From: Eimeria praecox
Taxonomy: Eukaryota
Assembly: GCA_963920595.1 (NCBI GenBank)
Contig: OY986948.1
Coordinates: forward strand, 5,084,001-5,148,000
Length of the DNA: 64,000 nt
Direction of reading: 5' to 3'
The number at the start of each line of letters is the position of its first letter. Within the stretch, counting starts at the first letter, position 1. Below are positions 12,705 to 24,900 of this stretch, piece by piece. Position numbers and translations under genes: made by a program. A model generated the notes under the pieces. That model searched no databases, was not told where the DNA came from, and worked only from the letters and a program-made list of their open reading frames with translations.

Positions 12705-14179
12705 ATCATGGAAATTAGCTCGCATTGCTTAGGGCTGTGAGAGGCGCACATGCTCGCGGGCTGTTGGTTTGCTGGTTCAGGTTGGAGCGGAGGCGACGAG
12801 TGCTATGGGCGATTTGTGTTTTGTCGGGCTAGCTTGGTGGGCGTTTAGAAGATTAGCTGTATGCGCGAGCAGCTTTGAGCAAGGAGGGAAGGAATGTCTG
12901 TAGCGTTGGCGGCTGTGTGTGGGGCGGTGGGAAGCAGAGCATTTGAGTGTGAACATGCATTGGTGCGCACTCGGGAAAACTTGAGCGGGGCCTGTGCAGC
13001 CATTGCACGTATTGCCAGCGCTCGACATGTCAAGGAGTGTTTTGCACGTGGTGCCATAGGTCGCATGCTGAAAGGCTATTGACTAGCCTCAGCGTTTGCT
13101 GCAAGATTTCGCCTTTGCTTCTGTGGGTTATGGGGGCTCGTGAAGCGCTCAGTGGTCGATGGCAACACTGGCCGAGTTATGGATGAGAGTGGCTGAGCAG
13201 CGCTGAGATTGCATGGCTTAAACCGTGCATGCAGGGCCGCTAGGTGCTGGTGTAGGTTGGATCGGGCAACAATCTGTAGCGCATGATGGCTTGGCTCGAT
13301 ACGTTGCAGCACTGCCACGCAATCTGTCTAGGATGCACGAACAACATACACCTTCTTTGTCCTCACGTTTTGTGGCCTCCAGTCAGTAAGGGGACTGCGT
13401 ATAGAGTTTTCTGCGTTGACCATCCTGTTGGTGTGTATGCATTGGGGCTGAGTTTACTAGGGTAGGTCCGTAATTCGACTTGGTTGATGAAGGTCAAGAG
13501 GTCGGAGGGAGGGTTACAACATCGCTATGTAATTTTGTTGGCCAGCTAATCCCCACATCTGCTTTATGCGAAGCGCCAGGCCCGCGTGGATAAATGGGAC
13601 TGCAACGGCTACTGCATGTGATGGCATCTACCGCCAGAATTCGCCTTGCGTTTTGTTTATGGGGCCATCATGGAAATTAGCTTGCATTGCTTAGGGCTGT
13701 GAGAGGCGCACATGCTCGTGGGCTGTTGGTTTGCTGGTTCAGGTTGGAGCGGAGGCGACGAGTGCTATGGGCGATTTGTGTTTTGTCGGGCTAGCTTGGT
13801 GGGCGTTTAGAAGATTAGCTGTATGCGCGAGCAGCTTTGAGCAAGGAGGGAAGGAATGTCTGTAGCGTTGGCGGCTGTGTATGGGGCGGTGGGAAGCAGA
13901 GCATTTGAGTGTGAACATGCATTGGTGCGCACTCGGGAAAACTTGAGCGGGGCCTTTGCAGCCATTGCACGTTTTGCCAGCGCTCGACATGTCAAGGAGT
14001 GTTTTGCACGTGTTGCCATAGGTCGCATGTTGAAAGGCTATTGACTAGCCTCAGCGTTTGCTGCAAGATTTCGCCTTTGCTTCTGTGGGTTATGGGGGCT
14101 CGTGAAGCGCTCAATGGTCGATGGCAACACTGGCCGAGTTATGGATGAGAGTGGCTGAGCAGCGCTGAGATTGCATGGC

Positions 14180-14518
14180 TTAAACCGTGCATGCAGGGCC
14201 GCTAGCTGCTGGTGTAGGTTGGATCGGGCAGGAATCTGTAGCGCATGATGGCTTGGCTCGATACGTTGCAGCACTGCCACGCAATCTGTCTAGGATGCGC
14301 GAACAACATACACCTTCTTTATTCCCATATTTTGTGGCCTCCAGCCAGTAAGGGGACTGCGTATAGAGTTTTCTGCGTTGACCATCCTGTTGGTGTGTAT
14401 GCATTGGGGCTGAGGTTACGAGGGTAGGTCCGTAATTCGACTTGGTTGATGAAGGCCAACAGGTCGCAGGCAAGGTTACAACATCGCTATGTAATTTTGT
14501 TGGCCAGCTAATCCCCAC
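14180..14518 (-). pseudogene. Decayed reverse-transcriptase N-terminal part inside array unit 2 (same in every unit)
   Basis: Translation WPSSTKSNYGPTL...QDGQRR...ILDRLRGS...IQP matches the order and spacing of Gypsy RT RPS.SPYGAP...KDG..R...LLDRL.GA...QI. Downstream LKFSRVRTNACSH resembles C.F......LGH. No intact YxDD. Confidence 0.6.
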
Positions 14519-17500
14519 ATCTGCTTTATGCGAAGCGCCAGGCCCGCGTGGATAAATGGGACTGCAACGGCTACTGCATGTGATGGCATCTACCGCCAGA
14601 ATTCGCCTTGCGTTTTGTTTATGGGGCCATCATGGAAATTAGCTTGCATTGCTTAGGGCTGTGAGAGGCGCACATGCTCGCGGGCTGTTGGTTTGCTGGT
14701 TCAGGTTGGAGCGGAGGCGACGAGTGCTATGGGCGATTTGTGTTTTGTCGGGCTAGCTTGGTGGGCGTTTAGAAGATTAGCTGTATGCGCGAGCAGCTTT
14801 GAGCAAGGAGGGAAGGAATGTCTGTAGCGTTGGCGGCTGTGTGTGGGGCGGTGGGAAGCAGAGCATTTGAGTGTGAACATGCATTGGTGCGCACTCGGGA
14901 AAACTTGAGCGGGGCCTTTGCAGCCATTGCACGTTTTGCCATCGCTCGACATGTCAAGGAGTGTCTTGCACGTGGTGCCATAGGTCGCATGCTGAAAGGC
15001 TATTGACTAGCCTCAGCGTTTGCTGCAAGATTTCGCCTTTGCTTCTGTGGGTTATGGGGGCTCGTGAAGCGCTCAGTGGTCGATGCCAACACTGACCGAG
15101 TTATGGATGAGAGTGGCTGAGCAGCGCTGAGATTGCATGGCTTAAACCGTGCATGCAGGGCCGCTAGGTGCTGGTGTAGGTTGGATCGGGCAGGAATCTG
15201 TAGCGCATGATGGCTTGGCTCGATACGTTGCAGCACTGCCACGCAATCTGCCTAGGATGCGCGAACAACATACACCTTCTTTATTCCCATATTTTGTGGC
15301 CTCCAGCCAGTAAGGGGACTGCGTATAGAGTTTTCTGCGTTGACCATCCTGTTGGTGTGTATGCATTGGGGCTGAGTTTACGAGGGTAGGTCCGTAATTC
15401 GACTTGGTTGATGAAGGTCAAGAGGTCGGAGGCAAGGTTACAACATCGCTATGTAATTTTGTTGGCCAGCTAATCCCCGCATCTGCTTTATGCGAAGCGC
15501 CAGGCCCGCGTGGATAAATGGGACTGCAACGGCTACTGCATGTGATGGCATCTACCGCCAGAATTCGCCTTGCGTTTTGTTTGTGGGGCCATCATGGAAA
15601 TTAGCTTGCATTGCTTAGGGCTGTGAGAGGCGCACATGCTCGCGGGCTAATGGTTTGCTGGTTCAGGTTGGAGCGGAGGCGACGAGTGCTATGGGCGATT
15701 TGTGTTTTGTCGGGCTAGCTTGGTGGGCGTTTAGAAGATTAGCTGTATGCGCGAGCAGCTTTGAGCAAGGAGGGAAGGAATGTCTGTAGCGTTGGCGGCT
15801 GTGTATGGGGCGGTGGGAAGCAGAGCATTTGAGTGTGAACATGCATTGGTGCGCACTCGGGAAAACCTGAGCGGGGCCTTTGCAGCCATTGCACGTTTTG
15901 CCATCGCTCGGCATGGCAGGGAGTGTTTTGCACGTGTTGCCATAGGTCGCATGTTGAAAGGCTATTGACTAGCCTCAGCGTTTGCTGCAAGATTTCGCCT
16001 TTGCTTCTGTGGGATATGGGGGCTCGTGAAGCGCTCAGGGGTCGATGGCAACACTGGCCGAGCTATGGATGAGAATGGCTGAGCAGCGCTGAGATTGCAT
16101 GGCTTAAACCGTGCATGCAGGGCCGCTAGGTGCTGGTGTAGGTTGGATCGGGCAACAATCTGTAGCGCATGATGGCTTGGCTCGATACGTTGCAGCACTG
16201 CCACGCAATCTGTCTAGGATGCACGAACAACATACACCTTCTTTGTCCTCACGTTTTGTGGCCTCCAGCCAGTAAGGGGACTGCGTATAGAGTTTTCTGC
16301 GTTGACCATCCTGTTGGTGTGTAAGCATTGGGGCTGAGTTCACGAGGGTAGGTCCGTAATTCGACTTGGTTGATGAAGGTCAAGAGGTCGCAGGCAAGGT
16401 TACAACATCGCTATGTAATTTTGTTGGCCAGCTAATCCCCACATCTGCTTTATGCGAAGCGCCAGGCCCGCGTGGATAAATGGGACTGCAACGGCTACTG
16501 CATGTGATGGCATCTACCGCCAGAATTCGCCTTGCGCTTTGTTTATGGGGCCATCATGGAAATTAGCTTGCATTGCTTAGGGCTGTGAGAGGCGCACATG
16601 CTCGCGGGCTGTTGGTTTGCTGGTTCAGGTTGGAGCGGAGGCGACGAGTGCTATGGGCGATTTGTGTTTTGTCGGGCTAGCTTGGTGGGCGTTTAGAAGA
16701 TTAGCTGTATGCGCGAGCAGCTTTGAGCAAGGAGGGAAGGAATGTCTGTAGCGTTGGCGGCTGTGTATGGGGCGGTGGGAAGCAGAGCATTTGAGTGTGA
16801 ACATGCATTGGTGCGCACTCGGGAAAACCTGAGCGGGGCCTTTGCAGCCATTGCACGTTTTGCCATCGCTCGGCATGGCAGGGAGTGTTTTGCACGTGTT
16901 GCCATAGGTCGCATGTTGAAAGGCTATTGACTAGCCTCAGCGTTTGCTGCAAGATTTCGCCTTTGCTTCTGTGGGATATGGGGGCTCGTGAAGCGCTCAG
17001 GGGTCGATGGCAACACTGGCCGAGCTATGGATGAGAATGGCTGAGCAGCGCTGAGATTGCATGGCTTAAACCGTGCATGCAGGGCCGCTAGGTGCTGGTG
17101 TAGGTTGGATCGGGCAACAATCTGTAGCGCATGATGGCTTGGCTCGATACGTTGCAGCACTGCCACGCAATCTGTCTAGGATGCACGAACAACATACACC
17201 TTCTTTGTCCTCACGTTTTGTGGCCTCCAGCCAGTAAGGGGACTGCGTATAGAGTTTTCTGCGTTGACCATCCTGTTGGTGTGTAAGCATTGGGGCTGAG
17301 TTCACGAGGGTAGGTCCGTAATTCGACTTGGTTGATGAAGGTCAAGAGGTCGCAGGCAAGGTTACAACATCGCTATGTAATTTTGTTGGCCAGCTAATCC
17401 CCACATCTGCTTTATGCGAAGCGCCAGGCCCGCGTGGATAAATGGGACTGCAACGGCTACTGCATGTGATGGCATCTACCGCCAGAATTCGCCTTGCGCT

Positions 17501-18890
17501 TTGTTTATGGGGCCATCATGGAAATTAGCTTGCATTGCTTAGGGCTGTGAGAGGCGCACATGCTCGCGGGCTGTTGGTTTGCTGGTTCAGGTTGGAGCGG
17601 AGGCGACGAGTGCTATGGGCGATTTGTGTTTTGTCGGGCTAGCTTGGTGGGCGTTTAGAAGATTAGCTGTATGCGCGAGCAGCTTTGAGCAAGGAGGGAA
17701 GGAATGTCTGTAGCGTTGGCGGCTGTGTATGGGGCGGTGGGAAGCAGAGCATTTGAGTGTGAACATGCATTGGTGCGCACTCGGGAAAACCTGAGCGGGG
17801 CCTTTGCAGCCATTGCACGTTTTGCCATCGCTCGGCATGGCAGGGAGTGTTTTGCACGTGTTGCCATAGGTCGCATGTTGAAAGGCTATTGACTAGCCTC
17901 AGCGTTTGCTGCAAGATTTCGCCTTTGCTTCTGTGGGATATGGGGGCTCGTGAAGCGCTCAGGGGTCGATGGCAACACTGGCCGAGCTATGGATGAGAGT
18001 GGCTGAGCAGCGCTGAGATTGCATGGCTTAAACCGTGCATGCAGGGCCGCTAGGTGCTGGTGTAGGTTGGATCGGGCAGGAATCTGTAGCGCATGATGGC
18101 TTGGCTCGATACGTTGCAGCACTGCCACGCAATCTGTCTAGGATGCACGAACAACATACGCCTTCTTTGTCCTCACATTTTGTGGCCTCCAGCCAGTAAG
18201 GGGACTGCGTATAGAGTTTTCTGCGTTGACCATCCTGTTGGTGTGTATGCATTGGGGCTGAGTTTACGAGGGTAGGTCCGTAATTCGACTTGGTTGATGA
18301 AGGTCAAGAGGTCGGAGGGAGGGTTACAACATCGCTATGTAATTTTGTTGGCCAGCTAATCCCCACATCTGCTTTATGCGAAGCGCCAGGCCCGCGTGGA
18401 TAAATGGGACTGCAACGGCTACTGCATGTGATGGCATCTACCGCCAGAATTCGCCTTGCGCTTTGTTTGTGGGGCCATCATGGAAATTAGCTTGCATTGC
18501 TTAGGGCTGTGAGAGGCGCACATGCTCGCGGGCTAATGGTTTGCTGGTTCAGGTTGGAGCGGAGGCGACGAGTGCTATGGGCGATTTGTGTTGCGGTGGA
18601 GGAGGTTGGTGCTTTGGTAGATGGTTAGTACTAGGCATTAACAGTTTTGGGCTACGGAAGTGGAATTATTTTTGGCGTGTGTGCTACCGTGATGGACTGG
18701 AGCCCGCAAGGTGTTTAAATTTGATTTTGTGCAAGCGTGCTTCCTGAACGAGTTAGATGGCCGTTGCAGGCATCTCATGCATTGCCAACACCGTAGTGAT
18801 CGATAAGACAATCGCTTGCCTGCTGCCAAAGATAGTGCGTTTAAGAGTTGTTGAGTAAGCTGAGCGTTTGCTACATGATTTGCCATTCGC

Positions 18891-19140
18891 GAACCCACGC
18901 CCAAATTTTCCTGATTGACTCTTGCTAGCCTACTACTGAGGATAGACACTCAACGCCTTAGGTAAGAAAGTCTTATTTCATCCTCAGTCCACATCATTTA
19001 CAGTTAAAACAATGCGCACATATATTCTTATTCGTAATCAGCCAAACTCATTCATATTTGTTTACAATCCAAATATTAAATTTGACGATAATCATGTTTT
19101 TCAATCGACAGCAATGCAGGAGCATTTCTGTTTTTGAGCG
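18891..19140. other. ~240-bp insertion with an AT-rich core interrupting array unit 7
   Basis: The array register shifts by +241 (atatgggggc expected at 18900, found at 19141). The sequence is unrelated to the unit and markedly AT-rich at 18962-19111. Confidence 0.85.
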
Positions 19141-19795
19141 ATATGGGGGCTCGTGAAGCGCTCAGTGGTCGATGGCAGCACTGGCCGAGTTATGGATGAG
19201 AGTGGCTGGGCACCGCTGAGATTGCATGGCTTAAACCGTGCATGCAGGGCCGCTAGGTGCTGGTGTAGGTTGGACGGGGCAGGAATCTGTAGCGCATGAT
19301 GGCTTGGCTCGATACGTTGCAGCACTGCCACGCAATCTGTCTAGGATGCACGAACAGCATACACCTTCTTTATTCCCTCATTTTGTGGCCTCCAGCCAGT
19401 AAGGGGACTGCGTATAGAGTTTTCTGCGTTGACCATCCTGTTGGTGTGTATGCATTGGGGCTGAGTTTACGAGGGTAGGTCCGTAATTCGACTTGGTTGA
19501 TGAAGGTCAAGAGGTCGGAGGGAGGGTTACAACATCGCTATGCAATTTTGTTGGCCAGCTAATCCCCACATCTGCTTTGTGCGAAGCGCCAGGCCCGCGT
19601 GGATAAATGGGACTGCAACGGCTACTGCATGTGATGGCATCTACCGCCAGAATTCGCCTTGCGTTTTGTTTGTGGGGCCATCATGGAAATTAGCTTGCAT
19701 TGCTTAGGGCTGTGAGAGGCGCACATGCTCGCGGGCTGTTGGTTTGCTGGTTCAGGTTGGAGCGGAGGTGACGGATGATATGGGCGATTTGTGTT

Positions 19796-20400
19796 GCGGC
19801 GGGGCTGGTTGGTGGTTAGGCAGAGGGTTAGCACTGTGCTAGAGCAGCGTTGGGCAATGAAGGAGGGGTTATTAGTGATGTTTTTGCCATTGTGACGGGC
19901 TGTAGCACCCAGGGCGTTTAAGTGTGAATTTGCACAGGCGTGCGGTCTGGAAAAGGTTTGCGGCAGCGGTGCACCACCGGCGGCGGTGCTCCCCCCAGCA
20001 CTGGAGGAGGAGAAGTGCTATGCAAATGTTACCACAGGCTGTGGGTTAAAGCGCTATTGCGCTTTCTTGTATGCACCAGCAGTACGAATCCGCCGTAGGT
20101 TTTTAACCTTTGATGGTTTGGGTTGGACTGGTATACATTTGTTCTATGCGCCTTTGTGCGCTTTTCGGTAGGGGGAAAGGAAAATGCGTTTGGCTGTGGC
20201 GGGTTATGAAGATTTTATGCGGGGCTCTGGCTGCTCGTTTACCACTATCTGTTTCCGCGTTCAGCCAGTACGCGGAGTTGTAGTCACCCAGAAGGGTCTT
20301 GAGTATTTGCGTCGGGGCGGCCCGCACTAACTGTGCTGATTGAGGTATTGCTTGCAAGGCTAAAAGCTTGAATTATTGGTTTCTTACTTCTGGTACGAAG
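19796..20400 (-). mobile_element. Older diverged RT remnant immediately right of the 962-bp array
   Basis: 19796-19980 aligns by eye to 18593-18780 and more loosely to the array unit (tttaagtgtgaa...gcgtgc). ORF 20103 (-) has TDSGKRAAR...HFPFPLPK (cf. KDG..R...D.YPLPR). Confidence 0.45.
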
Positions 20401-21399
20401 TGTAAACACACCCTGTTGTGGCATGCGGCCTATCCGCATTGTCGGCACTCAGGGATTGAGCCTTTAGGCTCATGGGGAAGAGCGCGCCTGAGCAGTCTGC
20501 CCTGTGATGCAAGCTGGTTGTGCATGTCATCTCGTTTGTTCCTACTGACAGCGTGTACGCCGCGTTTTTGTTGGCTGGATCATTATGGCTGTTCGCTAAC
20601 CAGAGGGGAGGGGGGAGTGAAATGAGTTGCCTGAATTAGTGTGACAATGCAGCGCTTGCTGGTTTCCATTACGATCCCTTGCATCAAATAAACCATATCT
20701 GATGAATGCGAAATTTTGCAATTACTTGGTGCCCACTGTTGCGAAGTGATCATCCTAACCCAGTAGGATGCACGCACGTCCTGGGGGGGTCTCGTTCAGG
20801 CGTGTATCAAGATAGCGAATGCTGTAGTTGCCGCATGCAGCTAGATCTCGCAACAAAGCTCGGCCTTCGTGCTTGAACGTTGAGTACCATTTGTGAGTGA
20901 CTGCGCGCTTATAATTCGCCTGCATTACAAACTGCCTTCCCAACCGAATGCTCAAAGTGCTCATACAGCGCGCTCACTTAGACCCACTGTAAAATGTAGA
21001 AATGCCGAGTGCGTTCTTATATGGATTCCTCCACATTACTGTGCATAGGATTCTGTGGCAATAGTGCCATTTTGGCTAGATGCAAGGAGGGCAGGCTCTG
21101 CCGCTTCCCGGGTAATAATTTGTTGCCCTGCTTAGCTAGTGCGCATGTGGCGTTGCCAGAGAGTGGTGCAGATGCGTAGTAGGCGTTCAGGAAGACAATG
21201 CAAAGCAACGTTTGATATTTGGGGGGCAGGGCTCGTAACTATTGTACGCGTGTGGGACTCAGAAGGTGAGTCGAGTGTATAACAGCAATGTACATGCGCA
21301 GCTTCGTAAGATGGCAATAAGAATGCACATTGGCATCTCTGTTTGGCATTGGGCTTTATTAATCTGCTTAGCCGTTCAGTGAAACTGACTTATGCAGAG

Positions 21400-21930
21400 A
21401 GTAAGTTTCCTTTTTCATGGTTGCCTGGCGTAATCAAGTCAAACCAGTCAAGTTGTGAAATTTCGACGGCCTTTTGCTTCCAGCCCCTTCGCCCTATGGA
21501 CCCAAAGTGTGACGTCCTGAAGGGTACGCGGCTGATTGCACGCCAGGCACTGAGCACCTGTGATCATTAGAGTGTGGGTGGGGAAACCGGCTAATGAAGG
21601 CCGACTATATTTCACACCTCGGCGGCAGGCTCTTGAGCAAAGTACTGTGTGCCTGCTGCCTCCTGGCACAAGCACACAAGCGAAGCACACACTACACTCT
21701 TTGCTGCGTTCACGCAAAGGGTTTAGGCAGCGCCTGAGTTGGTCTATGGGTAGGGCGTATGCATTATACATAGATGCCACTGGTGGTATGCGCCTTTTGA
21801 GACGCTGCTGCAGTGCTACGCTGGATCGCAGACACGCAGCAAAGGCGAAATGCATATCCGTGCTGAGATATTGGATGTTGTGCTCAGCCCGTGAGCATCC
21901 TTCATGAGTTGCGATAGTGTACACCATCGC
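21400..21930 (+). mobile_element. Decayed integrase C-terminus (GPY/F region) followed by a possible chromodomain
   Basis: WLPGV...STAF (~21418; cf. WLP.....STGFSP). ORF 21560 has VCLLPPG....HTLHSLL (cf. Y.L.LPP....H.VFHVSLL), then TLDRR.......VLRYW.....EHPS* (21818-21907; cf. ILD.R......YLVKW.GY...E..SW). Confidence 0.4.
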
Positions 21931-24900
21931 CATTCGTGGAAACTACAGCATTGAACAAACTTTGCGATGGCCGGCAGCGCGTTTCTTGCTAGGGCTGGCG
22001 CAGGTGAATCCAGAGCGTGCGTTCGTGCCTTATCGGACAGCCCTCAGCCAGAGGCTTGATCACATCCGCGGAAGTGGTCCTATCGCTCTTGCTACAACAG
22101 CTTTGCTGAATTTCCACCTGCACACTATGTAGGAATCTAAATTCCCAAGCGAAGCATGGGGAGTGGAAAATAACTTGTGGATTGGTTTGCTGCCGCAGTC
22201 AGCTTCGCGACCATCACAGTAGCACGATGGAGCCTGCTAGCAGCAGCCACTCCGTTTATTTCATCGCAAAGACGGGAACACAAATTGTTCAGTACGCCAC
22301 AGCTGTGTCAGCATTCTTCCTATAGAGTTTTGCACCATCTCTACGCCGTTAGTGGCGCAAGCCTTTTACTCACGTGTAAGTAAGTAAATTATGTTGGGAA
22401 CTCTGATCTGGACGCGACTACAGCAATGCATCGGTTTATCAGAGTGGCAGCTGCAGGGGATTCACCGCTGACTGAACATGAGTAGATGGAAGTTGCAGTT
22501 GCAGTGTGGGGACCGCACAGCTCTTCACGAGCACGGGATTTTCATAGGACAACTGTTTTCGGGACGCTGAAACTGTACCACGCAATGGCGCAGCAAGGTG
22601 CAAGTAAGAGCGTCATATGATCTACCCATGCCTTTTTCCATGCAGGTTGTACGCCCGGCAGCAGCGGGCAGTGCAGCTGTTTAGCTGTTGCCAACTGGGA
22701 CAGTAAGCAATGGCATTGCGCCCGCAAATTCATCAGCTGTACTACAAGTGCTGCGAGTGCATTCTGGCGAAAAGGAAGTGAGTTAGGCGTCTTCCGTTAG
22801 AGGGAACTCATCTGCGCAGACTTCTGCTACGACGTGCTGGGTGGCAGTGATATCAGACGGATGCACGTTACTGTTCTGTTATATCGACTTGCCCAGCCCA
22901 CGTGGGACTCTCCAGGGTGTAGGTTTGCATTTACCTGCGCAGGTGACGAGATACGGAGGAAGAGCATGCACCTTAGACTTAGTGCTTTGTGGGGGATACC
23001 GGAGAGCGCTGACAGCGATTGGTGGCTTGTCATTTTACTAGAGCCCTCATAGCAAGATACTGCTGGCGTGCAAGAAAACGAGGACAGTCCGGCAGTACGA
23101 ACAATGTGCGCAAACGCTGCATTAAGGGCCTTCCTGTCCAGCATGCAGGCGCAGGGGTGATTATGTGGAATTAGCCGAGGGGGGCCTTCTTTCGGGAAAT
23201 TGGCGTCTAGTTGCACTGCGCCGTTGCGTTGTTCGAATCAGCGCGGCTAGCTTACTAAACCACTTGCGCCGCGTTGGTGAAGTAGGAGTGGGAATAAATG
23301 TTGATTCTTATCCGATTCGCTCCCCGAAGGATCGCTGAGGTATTATCAGCCTTTGAAGAGGCACATTTTTGCGTGCCTGTAGACAGTTGGTAGCTTATGG
23401 TTTCTTTGCATTTGCGTGTTTGCGTCTGTGAGGACGTGGGGTGGAACCCACTGCAGCTTCCCCTACCACTGCGGCGAGCTCGAGTGGTTCGTAGGCTCAA
23501 ATATACTATTGTTCGTATATTGGTTTTAAGGTTTTGTGACAGCGCAGTTTAGAGGCACGGGAACGAACAAAAGTGCATCTCTCTTTTTGGCCTTCGCGTG
23601 ACTGCTTAGCTAGTAGGTCAGGCAATTCGGGCAGACAGTTGTGGATTAGCGGGGGAATAAAGAGCACTGTCTTTGTGCAGCAGGAGTGTATCTATGCACG
23701 CAGTCCTGACAGATATTTGTGGAATTGCAGAAAGCTTACGTACAGCTTCTGTGGGCCGTGCAGCCTGCGAATGCCATTCAAGAATGGTATTAAACTGTTC
23801 GCTGCAGAGCTTGTTATGGCTGCCGAGACGAAAAAAGGGTGTTTGTTTCACGCGCCAGTTCGCCCGTCTAGGCATCTGTTCGCCGTGCGTGCTGCGTTGT
23901 GCAAGATTCATTGCTCCATTCTGTGTGGCTTCGGTAATCCCTTGTGATACGGCCCCCGAGTGACATCCGCACCAGTGCAATGCAAGTTATCAATGCATGA
24001 CCTGACACTAACTCGACGAAAGGAGTATACCACTGCGCAGGAAATGCCGCTTTCCACTTTAATTTTGCATGGCTGTACTTAGATAGTATGCCACTGAGTT
24101 CGGGCAGACTAGCGTAGATTTTCGAGGACTAGCTCTGTGCAGTAGCGATACACCTATAGACGCAAGCAGATATTTATTGAGTTACAAGTAGCTGAGCTGC
24201 AACTTCGGTATGGGGTAGACCTAAGAGAGCCATTACTGGCGCTGTAAAACTGTTAGGCATGCATAGAAGTACACACACTTTGTGATTGCCGAGTCGCTAA
24301 TCGAAAAAAGGGTGCTTATGCACGCGCCATATGCAGGCCACTGGAGGCCTGCCTGTGGAATCCATCCACCATTATGTGGCTCACATGGCTTGCCTTCTGC
24401 GCTGCCTCAGCCTCGGTACTCCCTGGTGTAAGGCGCCAGATACATTTTCATCAGTGGGGCCTTTTAGCAATCCGCCTGGCGCTGGAGAGACTGAAGGAGC
24501 CCGCATCCGTTTCGCAACCGTCAAAGCATACAGGTCACGGGAGTGTTTCGCGCCCTGAATTTTGTCGCAGTGCCTATCAGGCACGCGTTGTCTGTCTATC
24601 AGCGAACCCCAAGCAACGAGACTGTTGCATTCCTTTAGAGGCCCGCTGCCTGGTAGTGCAAGACGCTGCACAGGCTGTGAATGGCGGGCGAGAACATGGC
24701 TTGGTAGAGCCAGAAACGCTACGTAGTTGTCGTCTAACTCCTCTATATCATTGCTGCTCTGTAGGTACGCAACCTCCGCATCGTTTTGCTGTTGAAAGTG
24801 CAGTTAACTACGCATTTGCGCGTGCGTATGTTTCCTTGAGCCATGCGTTTTAAGGTTTAGCTCGCCAGTGCACGCGCATATAGAGTTATATGACGCGCAA

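Larger units (their letters stand above)
12705..19795. repeat. Tandem array of 962-bp units (6 complete, 1 interrupted mosaic unit, plus ~115 bp partial)
   Basis: The anchor atcatggaaattagct recurs at 12705, 13667, 14629, 15591, 16553, 17515 and 18477 (exact 962 period) and at 19680 (+241 shift). The ORF track repeats with the same period. Units 1-6 differ only by scattered substitutions. Confidence 0.98.

Noticed and set aside
13283..13330. Plus-strand MMAWLDTL in the 962-bp unit as RNase H ARWLD, and minus-strand YTAAN as decayed YIDD
   Set aside because: Both conflict with the stronger collinear minus-strand RT alignment (SNYGP, DGQRR, ILDRLRG), which places them elsewhere.
12705..19795. 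CRISPR array, rDNA/5S or snRNA tandem gene cluster
   Set aside because: There is no short repeat with unique spacers and no recognisable rRNA, tRNA or snRNA sequence. A covariance-model (Rfam) scan would be needed to exclude small RNAs fully.
21715..21730. Telomere-like AGGGTTTAGG
   Set aside because: It is an isolated match of about 1.5 units, as expected by chance, and no telomeric or long CAG arrays occur in the window.
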